Assembly (NCBI RefSeq): GCF_001194135.2
Contig: NC_068982.1
Location: forward strand, 45,215,752 to 45,277,013
Source of the DNA: Octopus bimaculoides
Lineage: Eukaryota
Direction of reading: 5' to 3'
DNA length: 61,262 nt
The notes beneath the pieces are model-generated. The model worked only from the letters and a program-made list of their open reading frames with translations, searched no databases and was not told where the DNA came from. Made by a program: the position numbers and the translations under genes. Shown here in pieces: positions 1 to 13,479 of this stretch. The first letter of the stretch is position 1, and the number at the start of each line of letters is the position of its first letter.

Positions 1-180
1 ACCAGTCAAGCAGCACATCACGCTGTAAATTCTTGGGCTGAGAAATCAACACTTAAAAGCCATAATTTTAAGGAGCGATAAGAATTTTTGAATAAAGGAA
101 AATGGGTAGGGGTGGGTAGGTACCGCCAGCGAGTAGATAGGGCTCTTAATTGTAGATTTTAAATATTTGAGAGACAACAA

Positions 181-251
181 TAGTCCTCAGTCAAATCGTC
201 CAACCCATGCTAGCATGGAAAGCGGACGTTAAACGATGATGATGATGATGA

Positions 252-255
<4 letters not shown>
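181..255 (+). mobile_element. 5'-truncated RTE 3' tail with (GAT)n
   Basis: CAACCCATGCTAGCATGGAAAGCGGACGTTAAAC(GAT)n, matching the tails at 26171 and 39645 and similar to those at 11640 and 25200. Confidence 0.8.
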
Positions 256-285
<30 letters not shown>

Positions 286-539
286 TGCAAAGCCAGACAA
301 ACAATTTTAGCAGCAAGAATAGGTTAGTATTGTAAACTATTTTCTCTGGAAGAACAGGTTGTTTCTATAACCTTAGTCACTGAACATAATGCAAAAGGCA
401 ATGTTTTCTGACTGACTTTCGCAGAAAAGTATTGCATAACAAATGTTGAAAAACACTCATCAGGCAATCATCTGATACAAAGACACAGAGCATAATTTCA
501 ATGGGCTGGGGCTGGTTATGCAAAACTGGTGGAGGATAT

Positions 540-1305
540 AGCCGTGAACTCACTTTATTTGCCAGGTCTTCGCAGTCACAACATATCCCCAGAGGTTTTG
601 GCCTTTCGTCATTGCCTCTGTGAGGCCCAATGTTCGAAGGTCATGCTTGACCACCTCATCCCATGTCTTCCTGGGTCTACCTCTATCCCGGATTCCTTCA
701 ACTGTTTGGGAGTGGCACTTCTTCACACAGCTCTCCTCATCCATCTGTAGTACATGACCATACCCATGCAAACGTCTCTCTTGCACGCCACATCCGATGT
801 TTCTTTTGTCCAACATTTCTCTCAGGGCACTTACACTCTGTCATGTGTGCACATTGACGTTATACATCCAGCGGATCATGCTAGCTCCATTTCTTTCGAG
901 CCTACAAATGTCCTCAACAGTCACAGCCCATGTTTCACTGCCGTGACGCATGGCAGTTCACACACATACATCATACAATCTACCTTTCACTCTGAGCAAG
1001 AGGCCCTTTGTCACCAGTAAGGGTAGAAGCTTTCTAAACTTTGCCCAAGCTATTCTGATTCTAGTGGTAACACTCTCTGAGCATCCACCTCCACTACTAA
1101 CTTGGTCACCTAGGTAGCGGAAGCTATCAGCTATTTCTAGTTTCATCCCCCTGGAATGTGATGGAATCTGTTTTCTGAGCATCTGTGGTGTTTATTGCCC
1201 CTGTGCATCTGCACACGAAAGCTATCTTCCCGGTTAATCTTCCTTTGATGTTGCTGCACCTCTTATGTGTCCATAGCTTACACTGGGTACATCTTATGGA
1301 GTTTA
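540..1305 (-). mobile_element. RTE-clade LINE fragment (RT C-terminal half), degenerate
   Basis: DSFRYLGDQVSSGGGCSESVTTRIRIAWAKFR..KGRLYDVCV and RGRPRKTWDEVVKHDLRTLGLTEAMT. Confidence 0.9.
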
Positions 1306-1781
1306 ATTGAAAGAAACACAGAGAACCTCAACAGAAATATGGTAACAAAAGGGTTAATGGACTTTAGACAAAGATGGAATCTAAAGGAATGCCAGTGAAA
1401 CTATTAAAATGATTGCAAATCTGTCTTAAGATCCCATCACGATAATTCTTTCAGGTCAATACTCCGATCAGTTATCAAGCAATGCATTAGTTTCACAAGG
1501 ATCAATACTTGTGTAAACAAGCTGTATTTCTACAATAGAAATTTCACACCATTTCCACTGGTGTAGAAACAGCAGCAAAAGATCAAACAAGAGAACCTCT
1601 ACACATAGAAATAACCACCATATCTCTTTCTGATTATATCCTGTTAACTTAAAGAAAGAAATAAAGGACACATTATTCAATGTAGTTCTAGATACACAAT
1701 GTCAGATATAAAGATGGGATAGTCAAAGCTGGAATGTTTTTAGTCATATGTCAACTCAAGTAGGACTGACATGAGGCTTAA

Positions 1782-2003
1782 CTCTTTAACATTCAGATTA
1801 TTCTGTCAAATGTAATGCTTATTTATTCACATTGTTTTGAATTAATCATATATTATCTTATACCGCCAGGATTTTGATGTCGTTGTTTATTTTTAGAATG
1901 ACATTGTAAAGTAGGTGTGAGAGGCTAGATCTGGCTGATTTGAAACAAACATAAAATAGGTAGAATATCTGGGTTGAATATGACCAGTTCCAATGCTAAA
2001 TGG
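1782..2003 (+). mobile_element. piggyBac-type MITE
   Basis: TTAA on both sides with CTCTTT..AAATGG ends. Related copies at 9519-9728 (-), 45547-45707 and 46411-46623. Confidence 0.7.
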
Positions 2004-5000
2004 TTAAATGGCAGTAGTCATCGTTAATAAAGATCTTGTCAGAATGAACCCAGGCAAAGAAGCAGAAGCTATTGTAGGAACAATAGGATAGGCGGAGATA
2101 GCCAAAGGTAATGCTAAAGTGACAATGTCTGTGATCTGTTCTTGAATCCTATCATTACCAATGAAGTCTGATGGATATGTATGCTTGGGTTCAATATTAT
2201 CCAATATTAAAAGAAATTAATATAATTTTACTTTGCTGATACCATGATTAACCATGTCTATATTATCATCTGATATAGCCACAAGCCTAAATTTTCAGGC
2301 ATGAGTATAATTGTTCATTTCAGTTTATTTCATGAACCAGGCAGGATGAAAAGCAAATTTAATCTACTGATTTTGTTAATCTACTGCCTTTGTTATGCCA
2401 ATAATACAAAGGGAGCTTTTATATANNNNNNNNNNNNNNNNNNNNNNNNNNNNNNNNNNNNNNNNNNATATATATATATATATACATATTCATATGTATA
2501 TAAATCAAGTTGATCTAATAATCTGTTCACATCGGAATTCTAGGCAAAGGTTCATAAACTATAAACTGTGTGAAAGAGCTAGAAAACTGGCAGCTATGTA
2601 ATCAATGGCCTAATTATCAACCCTGCTCTGGACAAAGACAGTCACAAATACCAGAAAATAGCTGAGAGAATATCCCATAAAACAAGAAAAATTTGAAATG
2701 AATACCTCAAGTACATCCCAATGCAAATAATTAGCACTTAGTGTTTTTCTCTCACAGTTTAACAATGTCCCACATTGCATTTGAAGTACCAGTTCTAGCA
2801 CAATATTCAAGAAGGGAAATCTATTCCTCTGATGTCAAAACCAAGGCTAAAATAAATAAGAAGTCGCTACAGAAACAGTGACATTGGAAACAAAGAAAAG
2901 AGCTGAAGATTAGTTCTGACAGCTTTATAATCATAAGATATTACTCAGCACCTGTTAAAATGGCAGCAGCAAAAACTTATACACTTACAAGCAAATGGTC
3001 TAGTTTCTCAGTAATTGACTGACCTTTCCTTACATTACATGTTAAACTCCTTAAAAATGGAAACCATTGGATACATTAAAAAAAGTTGGCAACATCTTGA
3101 ATCTGCTGATCTGGACTGACTGGATGGCAAACAACAGTTAATTTACAAATAGGAGCATTTGTATAATAAGAATATCTAAGTAGCCAAGAGTGGACTCAAC
3201 NNNNNNNNNNNNNNNNNNNNNNNNNNNNNNNNNNNNNNNNNNNNNNNNNNNNNNNNNNNNCATTAGCTCAGACTAGCAAGACGGATTCACTTTAAAATTT
3301 GGAAGAGAACTGTAAAGCATACCAACAAAAATGGTTAGTACAAGGGAATAATGTCAAGATCAGTAAGGATTGTACCAACACTAGGACTAGTAACTGATAA
3401 CCCAAGTCACACTTTGAAAACTATGCTTTGGCAATACAAATTTAAGAGACCTGCTATAAAAGACATGATAAATTAGATAAACTCCAGAGTGGAACAAAAC
3501 TAGGTCGACTTATTTTTTTGTGGAAAACAGCATACCTGCTCAAGGATGTCATCAAAACATTACTCCTATGAAGCCATATGTTATTTCAATACCATCCCGA
3601 GGAAGAACTTTCCAGGGTAAGTGTAACCCCCTCCCCCTCTCCACAACATTGCTGGAATATTCTAAATGTACAAATAGATGTATTGATATAGCCATAGGAC
3701 AGAAAATCTGTATTGTCTAGGAAGTCAGATTGTAACTAATGAAAATCATTTAATTAATACAAATTTAAAAAAGAAAAACAATTATAACTGTTTTGGAAAG
3801 TTACAACCACTATACTTATGGATGTTTTTGACAATGTTACTATAGATTTAGGTAGTAACCTTGAAAAGTTAGGGTTCTCATACAAAGAAGAAAGACCAAA
3901 AACGAATATACAACAAATTCAATCTGTAAGTCATTTAAAGAATAAACAAAATTTTTCTAAAGTATATGTAATTTTAAGTTATCAAAATATCCATAAGTAA
4001 GCATTGTTTCTTTATGATCTGTGGTGTGTTATGTAATATTTCTCTTAAACACATGTATGATTATTCTGTAGTTTTATTTGTGAAGAACTAATTCTATAGG
4101 AATATATATTTAACCTTTCTCAGCAGTAACTGAGTTATAGCAAATATGATGCACATACAAGTCTCTCACTGTGTTGGATATTTTTTGTACACTTCTCCTA
4201 AGGCATTGGACAATTTATTCTGGGCACCAACTGATATATAATCTTAGAGAACAAACATGTTTTTGGAATGTATCCTAGTTAAATAAAATAAAAGAACAAA
4301 TCACAATTTTTTTTATATGAGGTTTACCGTAAAAACACATGTAATTTGGCACACCTGTGTAATTTATGCAGGTGATTTTCAGGATAAAAATTGTTAAAAA
4401 AAAGCTTCTCATGTAAAATTTGCATCCAAAAGTTTTCAGAATTGCTGATATGGCCGGGAAGAAAAGGTTTTCAACTTAGTCGTATTTAGCATAATTTCAC
4501 TAATTTAATAGATTAGATTTTATTAATTTGTCATTAAAAAAAAATTATTTCTGTTTAACAAGTCACACATTAAAAGCTATTAAATTATAAAGTGTTTGTG
4601 TTGTTTATAATAAACTTTTTTTTACATTGCCCACAAGGGATTATGTCTGATCTTTAGCATACTGCTGTATGTCTTCTCAAATCACGATCACAGGAAAAGT
4701 TGTTGATAAGAATTATCAACAAAAATAAAGCTGATAAATACACACAGGTGTTGCAAATTAAGTTTAATTACCAATAAACATCAGATTGGATGACACTTTA
4801 TTCAACTGAGTAAAATATGGCTCGGACTGTGATTACCACCATGAACATCAGACTTCAAAAAGTAGTTAACTATTTAATGGTTTTAGTAAATTTATACAGA
4901 AAAAATAAGCATTATACCATCCAGCATAAATAAAAGTCAACTTCATTATATTTAAGCTCTTAGTTTTTTCTGTAAAAACCTATTCTGACATTAAATGAGT

Positions 5001-7699
5001 CAACTTCTGGTACTAATGTATGTCTTTCTTCAACAAAAAAAAATTTCTAAAAAAATTCTGGAAATGATCTAATCATGTAATTTTTACACACCCTTAAAGT
5101 TTAATTTTGAGAATACATTTACCTTAGGGGTAAAGATCTCAAAGTCACTTTAGAACAACCCTAAAAACATTTTATAATACACACCATAGAACGACCAACA
5201 ATGGAAAAAAAAAACAAACAAAAAAAAAACTTGCAAAATCTTAATTTTATGAAGAAATAAATGAAAATAAGTAAATAAATAAAATGAAATAAATTGCTTC
5301 AGAAATTAGGATTTGTCATATTTGAATTACTATGGTCATATAATTATATCTTTTATACATATATATAAACTTGTTTCCCCTTTTTATATCTTAGCTTTAG
5401 TTTTATTAACATTTACTTCTGAGAACATTTATGTGCAAAATTTATATATGAAGGCTTAGAGAAATAGTTTTTATGTAACTGGATTATGCAAGGTATTTTT
5501 GGTTTGATGGCTTCCACTAAAGTAAACAAACAATGGCCACCTTCCAAGAAGGCAAAAATTATTTCACCTTCTGAAGAAGTTTATAGCTTCAAAATCATCA
5601 AGAAGCTGAGATATTCTTTTAATCACCATGTACAAAAGAGTCCATGAAAATCAAGAGCAATGTGGTCTAATAGAATGAAAGACTGTGTTCAAGAGACAAA
5701 GCAACAAGAAACAAAACATCACTTTTTTTTATGGAAGAATTTCATAACAAGCAACTGAAATGAATTCACATATATTATCTGAAGATATCTGAAAGAATCT
5801 AGTCATAAAAAAAATCACTTGAAATGTACAAAAGAAAAGGACTAGGTTTTCTCTTTCCAAAATGTTATCTTCTCTGATGAATGATAATTTTTGCCTCTCA
5901 ACTCAAATGGTCATCAATAGTAAAATTCATGAAAATCTACCTACAAAAGTTCAGGTTAGAGGTAGTAAAACACTGGGGTGTTTTACTAGTCAGAATATTG
6001 CACTGTTCATTGCATGCAAACACTCTAACAAAAAATTACACATTTTCTAGAGATAAATATACAGAGATACAATGGATGCTCAAGTATCCATTAACTGCTT
6101 AGGACACACTGGTTTCAATTGGTCTCAAAATAGTAAAACTTTTTGTGCAAATGTGGGCTCTAGAATCAGCTCATCTCTTTAATATTAGCAATAGATTATT
6201 ACAGATGCTTTGGTTGAAAATGCCAATTATTCAAAGTCATCTTGAGGCATTTCTTGCACTTACAGCTCACCAAACCATAAGGTATTTAATTAACTCTCAA
6301 ACTGCATCAAAGTTCTCAGGGTTTTCAAACACCACTTATACTGCTTTAGTTTGCACAGAAAATACAGAAAAAGTTCATTTCTTCATTTCAATAGCTAACC
6401 AGATTTTTATGCCATTTTTTCCTCCTCATGTTAAAATATGGTCTCTACTTAGATATCATTCTAGCTGGATATATACAGTTTTCTAATTTCTGCTCTACTA
6501 CTGCATCTTGCTTTCAATCAGAATATTGTATATTAATCACACAAATTAGTCAAACTGAGATTCTCTGCCAATTCTACACTGATTATTCATGGTAGCTATT
6601 CTGCAACAATGCCAACCTATTGGAGACACCCAAATAAGTAACAGAGCAAATCCTCCACAAATTCATACCAAAACCTATAATTAATCCAAAAATAATCAAA
6701 TGGTTAACAAGACGCAGTACTAGAGGTGAACATGTAAAAACATACAGCTTACAACATTAAGAGAAAATTCTTCTACCAACAAGTAGGTAGAGATGAACAC
6801 TGTTATGAAATGCAGTAATTATTTTGATTATTCATGTTGAACAAGAAAAGAACTTCACAGTAGTCTAGACATTACCATAGAACAATGTATACACAAACTG
6901 GTTTTGTCCTCGTCAAATTCTTTACCTTCTCTCTATGGGCAATTATTCAACACTTGGTTAATTACTTAATTACAAACTACATCTTCAATATATATAACTA
7001 GAAAAAACAGATCATGTCAGTTGCCTTCATATCTAGCAGACCTAATACAACAAGTGATTATTGCCAATATTAATGTTGGGTCCCTTTTCTTGTTCAGTGA
7101 CAATTAATTTCAATTTCCCAGAACCAAATATTTTATTTTTACCATTGAGAACTTTAGCAAAGAGAGCAAATGCTTTGCATCTGATGCCAGAATCTAGCTA
7201 AGTTGCCTGATTATTAACTATCTCACAACAATCAGACAGGGTTAGAAACTTTCTGACATCAAGGCAGACAAAGCTTTTTTTTCACTCTGATGACACTTAC
7301 AAACACAACACTATGTGTCTTTCATCTTTTATGCTAACAGACACACTTGCATGTTTCTAGACAGAGATCTCTCCAAACTATGTTGTAAAAGGAATTTACA
7401 AATTCTTTCTAAGCCCCAGCACCATCATTCACACACTCTACATGCCAAAGAAATGAGTTAAAAAGATTAATTCTCTCCTTACTTCTTGTGAATAATACAC
7501 ACATTGAAGTGCCATACCGTTTTAACAACTAATCCTCATAATTTCTGAAAACCTTTAACTGATGTTAAATCCATATAGAAAACTGTATTTATACTCAACC
7601 AAACCTACTTTAACTTTGTACAGCTGCTAATCTTTTACAGATGTCTAAGAAATTCTGCAGAAAGAGTACTTCAGGAAACCCTCCACCCCATAGGCATAC

Positions 7700-8070
7700 A
7701 TGTGGCAAGATGTTTGCTTCCAAACCACATGGTTCTGGGTTGTCCCACTGCATGACACCTTGGTCAAGTGTCTTCTACTATAGTCTCAGGCTGACCAAAG
7801 CCTTGTGAGTAGATTTGGTATATGGAAACTGTAAGAAAAATGTTATGTATGTGTGTGTGTGTGTGTGTGTGTGCATCTGTATTTGTTCCCCATCTCTACT
7901 TGACAATAGGTGTTGGAGTGTTTACATCTTGATAACTTAGTGGTTCAGCAAAAGAGAGTGATAGAATAAGTATCAGGTTTAAAAAAAAAGTATTGGGGTC
8001 AATTTGTTCAATTAAAATTCTTCATGATGGTGCTCCAGCATGGCTGCAGTCTAATGACTGAAACAAGTAA
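7700..8070 (+). mobile_element. tRNA-derived SINE, family A
   Basis: A/B-box-like head, central (TG)n and AAACAAGTAAAAGA tail; homologous to the copy at 44287-44667. Confidence 0.8.
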
Positions 8071-8545
8071 AAGATAAGAGATATACACACTTCAGAATAT
8101 ACACAAAAAAGCTAAAGCTTAAAAAGGAAAATAGAATAAAATAGCTTTCACCCAAGACACAGGCAGTAACTTGTATCTTCTGCTATTGTAGCAGTCTCTC
8201 TCTGAAATGAGCTATTCATTACCTCTTCTACTTAAACCAATTCAGTACCTCACTTCTTAATGCTCATAACTCAATAGAATCTATATTTTGTATAAGTGTA
8301 TCTTGCTGAAACTACCTTAGCCATTATATTACTAACCTTTAAACAGGTATTAACTGCTCTAATCTTAGTTGTTTGGATATCAGGCCTATTTCTGGAAACA
8401 CTGGCTCTCACTGCATATACTCCTCAGAGAAACAAAACAGAATATGCAGTGTACAGTGCAGTGACTCTCAAATAGGGAGCCTTTGGCTCTAGGGGTGCAA
8501 TTTCAGTCAAAGGTAGAACTACAAACTGAGCAATGTAAGAATGTA

Positions 8546-8559
8546 CTCTCTCTCTCTCT

Positions 8560-8608
<49 letters not shown>
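8546..8608. repeat. (CT)n directly followed by (GA)n microsatellite
   Basis: Read directly from the sequence. Confidence 0.95.
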
Positions 8609-8610
<2 letters not shown>

Positions 8611-9518
8611 TTCTTCCTCTGGGAGCCACATGCCTTTCATTTGAGAATCTGATATCATGGGTTATTTCCTAGTTTAGGTAAAGAACTTGGCCAAGGACCA
8701 AAAAGCATTAAAAAGAGAAACAATGAATTAGAAGGAAAAATGAGATTGTTCAGGGACATGCTAGAGAAAAGCTGAGTTATAAAAGCAGTAGCTACAACAC
8801 TTTGCTGTAGTTGTTCCACATCTCTGCACTCAAATCCCATGAAGTTAAGGTTGTCTTTCATCTTTTCAGTCAATAAATAAAATACTTGTCTCTCTCAGAA
8901 TCAGCTATATTACAGTCAGAAATGCGTTGTGAGACATACACACAACTTCCTTTTTTCTAAAAACCTTCCTACTCTCACAGTTATGCAACAAATTACTAAC
9001 TACATCTAGTCAACCATCTGAACAGATCATAGGTGTCCCCCATGGTTAGTTACTCTTAGTGTACTAGTTATTTTGCACATACTCAGTATTAAGTTACTGT
9101 TTGTTTCCTTTCATTAACCAGCATTTTGGTCTTTGACATGTTGGTCATTTACATCATTTGTCCAGGCATGAAAAATTTTCTTTATACATCTCTGTGAGGA
9201 ATTCTGGACAAAGCGATCAAATTGCAAAAACAAATTCTTCATGAAAACCAGTTCTTAAGCTGATGATCATGTACTGATACTTCAAAATCCTTCATTGAAC
9301 TCGCTACAAATACATAGTCTTGCACAGTTTTCTTAGCACTGTCAAAATTTTTTTCCAGATATACAAACACAAAGCCTTAAAAAAAAACCCCCTCCCATTG
9401 CAAATGTCTAACAGAGGTTCCACATTCCACCTTAAATTAAAACTGCACTCTTACAAGCTGACTTAATATCAACTTTATTAACACTCTCTTACTTTCAAAA
9501 CTTGGTCCATCAGGTTAA

Positions 9519-9728
9519 CCTTTTAGCATTTAAACCGACCATATCAGGCCCTAATATTCAAGTTTAAACCAGCCAGATACAGCTTTCACAACTATCCTAT
9601 GATGTCATTCTAAAAATAAACAATCATATCACCATCCTCTTGAAGCTTTGAAATAATGCAAGATTAATTCATAACAATGTGAATAAATAAGCATTATATT
9701 TGAGAGAGTAATTTAAATGCTAAAGGGG
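9519..9728 (-). mobile_element. piggyBac-type MITE (same family as 1782-2003)
   Basis: TTAA-CCTTTTAGC..GCTAAAGGGG; reverse complement of the 1782 copy. Confidence 0.7.
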
Positions 9729-9804
9729 TTAGGGTCTCTGTAAATGCTCCCCTCCACTACATTCTCATTTACCTTCGTAGTATTTAATCATGACACTGTT
9801 ATAG

Positions 9805-10200
9805 CAGGTATTGCTGTGCAGTAAAGAAGCTTGAATCCTAACCATATGGTTTTGGGTTCAATCTCACTGTGCATCACCATGAGTGTCTTCTACTATAGTC
9901 CCAGGTTAACCAAAGCCTTTTGAGTGGATCTGGTAGACAGAAACTGAAAGAAGCCTGGTGTGTGCGTATATGTGTCTCCCTTATACAGACATCTCATGAT
10001 GGTTATAGAGGAACATCACCATCATAGAAATGTTTATTTCCAATTTTCTGAGAAAAACATGTTTAGCAATGGGGAAATATTAATTTGCTTGTAAATAGGT
10101 GAGGGTTGATGGCATCTGGGTATAGAAAATCTGCCTCAATAAATTCCGTCTAGTGCAGCCAAGTATGGATAAGAGGATGTTAAAAAGCAACAATGATGAT
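9805..10200 (+). mobile_element. SINE family A head joined to an RTE-type (GAT)n tail
   Basis: Head similar to 29841; tail similar to 39990-40240. Confidence 0.55.
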
Positions 10201-10479
10201 GTCTGTTTGTTAGATCAACCACTGAAGATAACACCTTCCTGCTCTGACTGACTAACAAGCATAACAACTATGTGACCTGACACTTTCAACATCTCATTAG
10301 CAAATATAGAATGTGCTGAACTCTGTTCAGCAATGCTGCTAAAATGTTACTGTTTTGGCCAGAAAGTCTGTTCCTTGTGCATGTACACTCATTAGAGATT
10401 TTACACTTCAACAAAGTTTGACATGAACTTGCATTGAGACAGGTTACATTTTGTGTGCTTTGGATCACCCTGAAAAATG

Positions 10480-11273
10480 GAGGACCAAAATGAACATTAT
10501 TGACACGTCATGCACATTTCAAAAAAGTGCCAGAAAGTAATAGAAACGTGCAGGAAGATAAGCACTGTGTACAGAGAGCATGCTGTTATGGAATATGTGT
10601 GCCAGAAGTGGTTTTCAAGATGTCGATCAGGAAATTTTTTAGTCCTTGCTCTGGCTGGCTAACTGAGATTAACAGCAACAAAATGAAAAAGTTAATAAAC
10701 ACCAACCCCTGTTATATGACCAGGATGATCACCGATATACTCCAAATACCAAAATCAATTTTTGAAAATCATCCTCATCAACTTGGTTATATCAGCAGGC
10801 TTGATGTTTAGGGCCCACATCAGCTGAATGAGGCTAATCTCAGCTAATAGATTTCCATCTGTAAATCATTGCAGAAAAGTGAAGACAATTCCTTTTTTAA
10901 GGGAATAGTGACAGGGGATAAAAAAAGGATCATCTATAACAAAGTGAAGAGCAAATGATCCTGGGGTAAGTGCAGTGAACCACCACAAACAACTTCCAAA
11001 ACAGGACTTCTCCCCAAGGTTATACTTTCAATTTGGTGGCATTGGAAGGGTGTTGTCAATCACAAACTTCTTCCTAAGGACTGGACCATTAATTTGGATA
11101 TCTGCTGTGACCAGCTGGACAAATTAAATGCCAGAAGTGGCCAGCACTATGGCAATGGCAGAAGATACTAGAATGAAATGGTAATTATATCACTGAATAA
11201 ATCACTTTGTATTTAAAACCTGTGCCTTATTTTTGTTTAAAGAAAACCAAACAAACTTTTTATCCAACCCAAC
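10480..11273 (+). mobile_element. Mariner transposase remnant
   Basis: CQKWFSRCRSGNF, IVTGDKKRIIYN and KVILSIWWHWKGVV..LLP motifs across frameshifts; 3' TIR-like AACTTTTTATCCAACCCAA. Confidence 0.85.
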
Positions 11274-11639
11274 AAAATGACTTTCATAATGTACCACTTA
11301 GAGTATTTCATTGTATTTTTTCTCATAATAGTAATGCTTAGTAACATCTTCCTTTTCACTGTCACTAGACAAAGTTATCTTAATTCATACAAACACATTG
11401 TCTTGGAATTTGTTTTACGCAAGAGAGGGATATTATGATTTCTACAACTTTCTCCCACTAAGTCTACCTCATCCTTCATCGTAACTGTTGAAGAGATCAT
11501 TTCTTAGCATGGAAGAACTTGGTGTTCACAACAATCTGTCTGTTACATCTTTTTAAAAGTAAAAACCAATCTGATATGACTGCTAGACAGAGAGGTAACT
11601 GGATGGCTGGTATTGTGTTGCAAATAGTAAGAAAAACAT

Positions 11640-11925
11640 TCGAGCGAGGTCGTTGCCAATGCCGCTGGACTGGCTCCTGTGCAGGTGGCATGTGAAAAAC
11701 ACCATTTTGAGCATGGCCGTTGCCAGTACCGCCTGACTGGCCCTCATGCCAGTGGCATGTAAAAGCACCCACTACACTCTTTGAGTGGTTGGTGTTAGGA
11801 AGAGCATCCAGCTGTAGAAACTCTGCCAGATCAGATTGGAGCCTGGTGCAGTCATCTGGTTCGCCAGTCCTCAGTCAAATCGTCTAACCTATGCTAGCAT
11901 GGAAGGCAGACGTTAAACAATGATG
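11640..11925 (+). mobile_element. RTE 3' UTR/tail fragment
   Basis: AAAAGCACCCACTACACTC..GGAAGGCAGACGTTAAACAATGATGAT. Confidence 0.8.
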
Positions 11926-13479
11926 ATTTGTTTTCAAGGGTCATGATTCCTATTTCCTTCTTGTTCCATGGTCATAGCTTACATATCCCAAGTGTACCGG
12001 TCATGGTGTGTCTGGCTGGCTATGATAATTGCAATTACCGATTATGACAATATTGATGTCAGCAATTATTAAGGTAGTGTATATAAAGGGTTACATAGAA
12101 CCAGACATTTTGACTGTTTGTTAATCACAGAAGTCAATCATAAACGGACTATATAGGCTATCATGATGCCTATTACCAGCATGAAGTTAATTAGTCCATC
12201 ACTTATTCTAGCATCTCAATTACTCATCCATACTGGGGTATGGATGAGAATTAGTGTGTTCTGTGCCATAGAAGAGGTATATGAAGCATTTCTCCACACT
12301 TGGTCCATTTTTCTTTTTTTAAAAAAAACACACTCATTTTCTATTTTGACACCTTAAAGGAGATTTTTAGTTACGTTGATCTGAAATTAAGATCCTAAAA
12401 TTAAGAAATTTGTCATTGCTACGTAGGATTGTTTGATGATGGCCAAAGAATGCTCATACATGCATCCCCCACCACAGTACATAACATTGACATGACAAGT
12501 GTTAGTCCTGTTAAGAAGACTTATGACTGGATGCCCCTCATAATAATTACTCAAAGAGTAAAGTAAGAGAGCATCATTTTACAAAACTAAGGGTTTTCTT
12601 CACTCAGTATCAGTTTTAATTCATAATGGTTAGAGTTCTTTTTGTATTGCTAAGTACTTGTTAACCTGGCGATTCTTTGGCTACGGTCCATATTTCCTTA
12701 TTGGAGTAGGTTTGGTGAGGAGTTGGACTTTAGCTCAGACCAGCCTGGTATGTGACATGTTCTAGGTAGGATGGGGTATTATAGATGCCAGTGTTAGGTG
12801 CTATCATGCTGTTTTGAAACTTGACTTTCTGTTAGATGTTTGATATTACTGCCTTTCATTGTAGGTGAATCAATTGATATAGATAGTTGATATTTACAAT
12901 ATTTATGTACTTTCTCATGGTGTCTAAATATATATTTATATATTTTATTGTTTTGGTATAGCAAGAGAGACTGTGCCCGTGGTCTTCACTGGCCTCTGCT
13001 AAGACTAATGAAATTGATAGGATTATTGAGCAGTTGCAGGGGGCTGATGTTCTGAGTAGGATGAACTCAATGTAGTGGTTAGTACAAGAAATTGGAATGG
13101 ACAGAAGATGAATAGAGAAGAGGCAAACAAATTGGGAGTATTTGAGTGAAGGAAGTTTCATGAAACCAGTGATCTGCAAGGAACAGAGGCCTCTGTTGTA
13201 GTGATACAAAAGGCTGGGGAGGAGTCAACATGTCTGTTGCTCTATGTGAGTGACTTCATGCTAATCAATGCAATTCAGTTGAAATAACTACTTTGCTTTT
13301 TGCACATGATACATAAATATACTAACATATCAACAACTTTAAATAATCCCTACCCTAATACTAGCTAAAAAGAAATTTAAAATTAAAAATAGGGATGGAA
13401 ACTATTCTGACTAAGTGCAACACTAACAACATATTCGTAATATTTAAAGATTCAGGAAATGTGTTTCCAAATGCGATGT

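Noticed and set aside
2004-2204. 66-aa minus-strand ORF
   Set aside because: Short, ends in a MITE boundary, with no motif or splice support.
5571-5594. CTGAAGAAG..CTTC-AAAA, a second hammerhead-like string
   Set aside because: Lacks the GAAA core and a convincing helix I or III.
6753-6799. 47-nt AG/GT-bounded minus-strand segment (FISTYLLVEEFSLNV)
   Set aside because: Weak polypyrimidine tract, no homology, and expected by chance.
12620-13260. Possible CR1/L2 endonuclease remnant on the minus strand (similar hints at 3260-3720, 36430-37130, 37840-38560 and 49630-50010)
   Set aside because: Only faint motif echoes. Too degraded to assign a family without a database search.
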